A stretch of 64,000 bases of DNA from Candidatus Marinacidobacterales bacterium. GTDB lineage: Bacteria > Acidobacteriota > Vicinamibacteria > Marinacidobacterales > SMYC01. The stretch spans positions 1 through 64,000 of the forward strand of contig CBDCYI010000004.1 in the NCBI GenBank assembly GCA_965224085.1, given 5' to 3'. Position 1 is the first letter of the stretch. Every line of letters starts with the position of its first letter. The notes under the pieces are model-generated. The model saw only the letters and a list, made by a program, of their open reading frames with translations. It was not told the origin of the DNA and ran no database searches. Positions 63,166-64,000 of the stretch are shown one piece after another. Both the position numbers and the translations under genes were made by a program.

Positions 63166-63800
63166 TCACCCCTCGGCCTTCGCATCCGAAAGCGAGAGCG
63201 CTTCGAACATCCGGTTCTCGGGTTTCGGGCACGGTCGGTATTTCAAGTGGTCCACGGACCATTTTGGATAAGTCAGTTTTTTCGCCCGGCGATTGAGTAA
63301 TAGCATCCGTCCCACTGTGCTATTCCACCATGCGCAGATTGCCTTTTCATAAGCTCGGTCTGGCCCCTTAGCAGGGATCCAGCCGAACCCGAATGTCGAG
63401 ACTTCGCTCCACAGCGCCGTCAACCGGCCGCTAACCGTATCGTAGCCGTGGCAAGCATTAGGTGTCCCTTACTTTGAAGGACACGCTCGTGCAAATGCGC
63501 TCGCCGCCCGCCGGGGACAACAGGTTGCTCTGGAGCATCCAGCATCGTGCGCCTGATATTGGCGGAAACGCTGTCGAAGACCCAAACTCGCCGCGGGTTC
63601 TCACCTTCGGAGTCCCGCTTCCACGAATCCATCGCAGCCTGGCCGGTGGCCCCTGTTATCAGGACCGAGCCTGCCGGCACCAGCTCGCTATGTCCCTCTA
63701 ATTGGCGTACGGTTTCGGCAAGTTTCTCGTCGTACCACTGTACGGGTGTCCAGTCCCCTGCCTCAGTGTACGGAACTCGCACGCCGTCGTCGACTCAGAG
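63166..63800 (-). pseudogene. Frameshifted fragment resembling the C-terminal part of a type IIG restriction-modification/N6-methylase protein
   Basis: KAICAWWNSTVGRMLLL segment; two adjacent frames; bounded by repeats. Confidence 0.4.
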
Positions 63801-63841
63801 CCTGCCCGAGCCCGGACTTTTGCCACAGGCTGCCAATTACC

Positions 63842-63935
63842 TGTGACCCGCAAAAAAGAAAACCGGCCAGAAGCGGCCGACCATGGCAGGTCTAAAACGC
63901 GCAATCAACGCCGGATCGACTTCTTGCGGAGCACA
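63842..63935. mobile_element. 94-bp MITE copy
   Basis: Same IRs and core. Confidence 0.8.
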
Positions 63936-64000
63936 CCGACCCCACCGTCCACGCCGCGTCAACTGCTCGCTTGTAACGTTGCCAGTAGATCAAGTTTCGG

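Overview
GC-rich bacterial window dominated by mobile DNA. The gene content is compatible with a diderm such as Acidobacteriota, but this is inference only. It carries six copies of one 1684-bp DDE insertion sequence (four full, one cut by the window edge, one 5'-truncated), all at TANNTA hexamers. Other mobile DNA includes IS903-group, IS1, IS3, IS200, two unrelated IS110-family elements, remnants of IS21/IS256/IS91, several MITE families and a large-serine-recombinase (LSR) element. Intact host genes include an M14 peptidase, a cupin, DUF3291, a TonB-dependent receptor, a SAM methyltransferase, a bactofilin, a PhyH dioxygenase, a LysM/SLT protein and an outer-membrane barrel. There is also a partner-switching (SpoIIE/anti-sigma/2xSTAS) locus with a Tsx-like channel and LOG, and many gene fragments. 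Most notable observations: (1) the LSR element (38070-40802) sits in an integrase-core gene, and its first ORF gains an RBS and ATG in frame only when the element circularises; (2) an IS1111-type element sits in the terminal repeat of an IS1-family element, and its non-coding end contains matches to both target and donor junction; (3) a second IS110 has a 139-bp mini-derivative that lacks the putative guide yet occupies the same TGTCAAG target. No rRNA, tRNA or CRISPR array was recognised. Family names come from motif recognition, not database searches.
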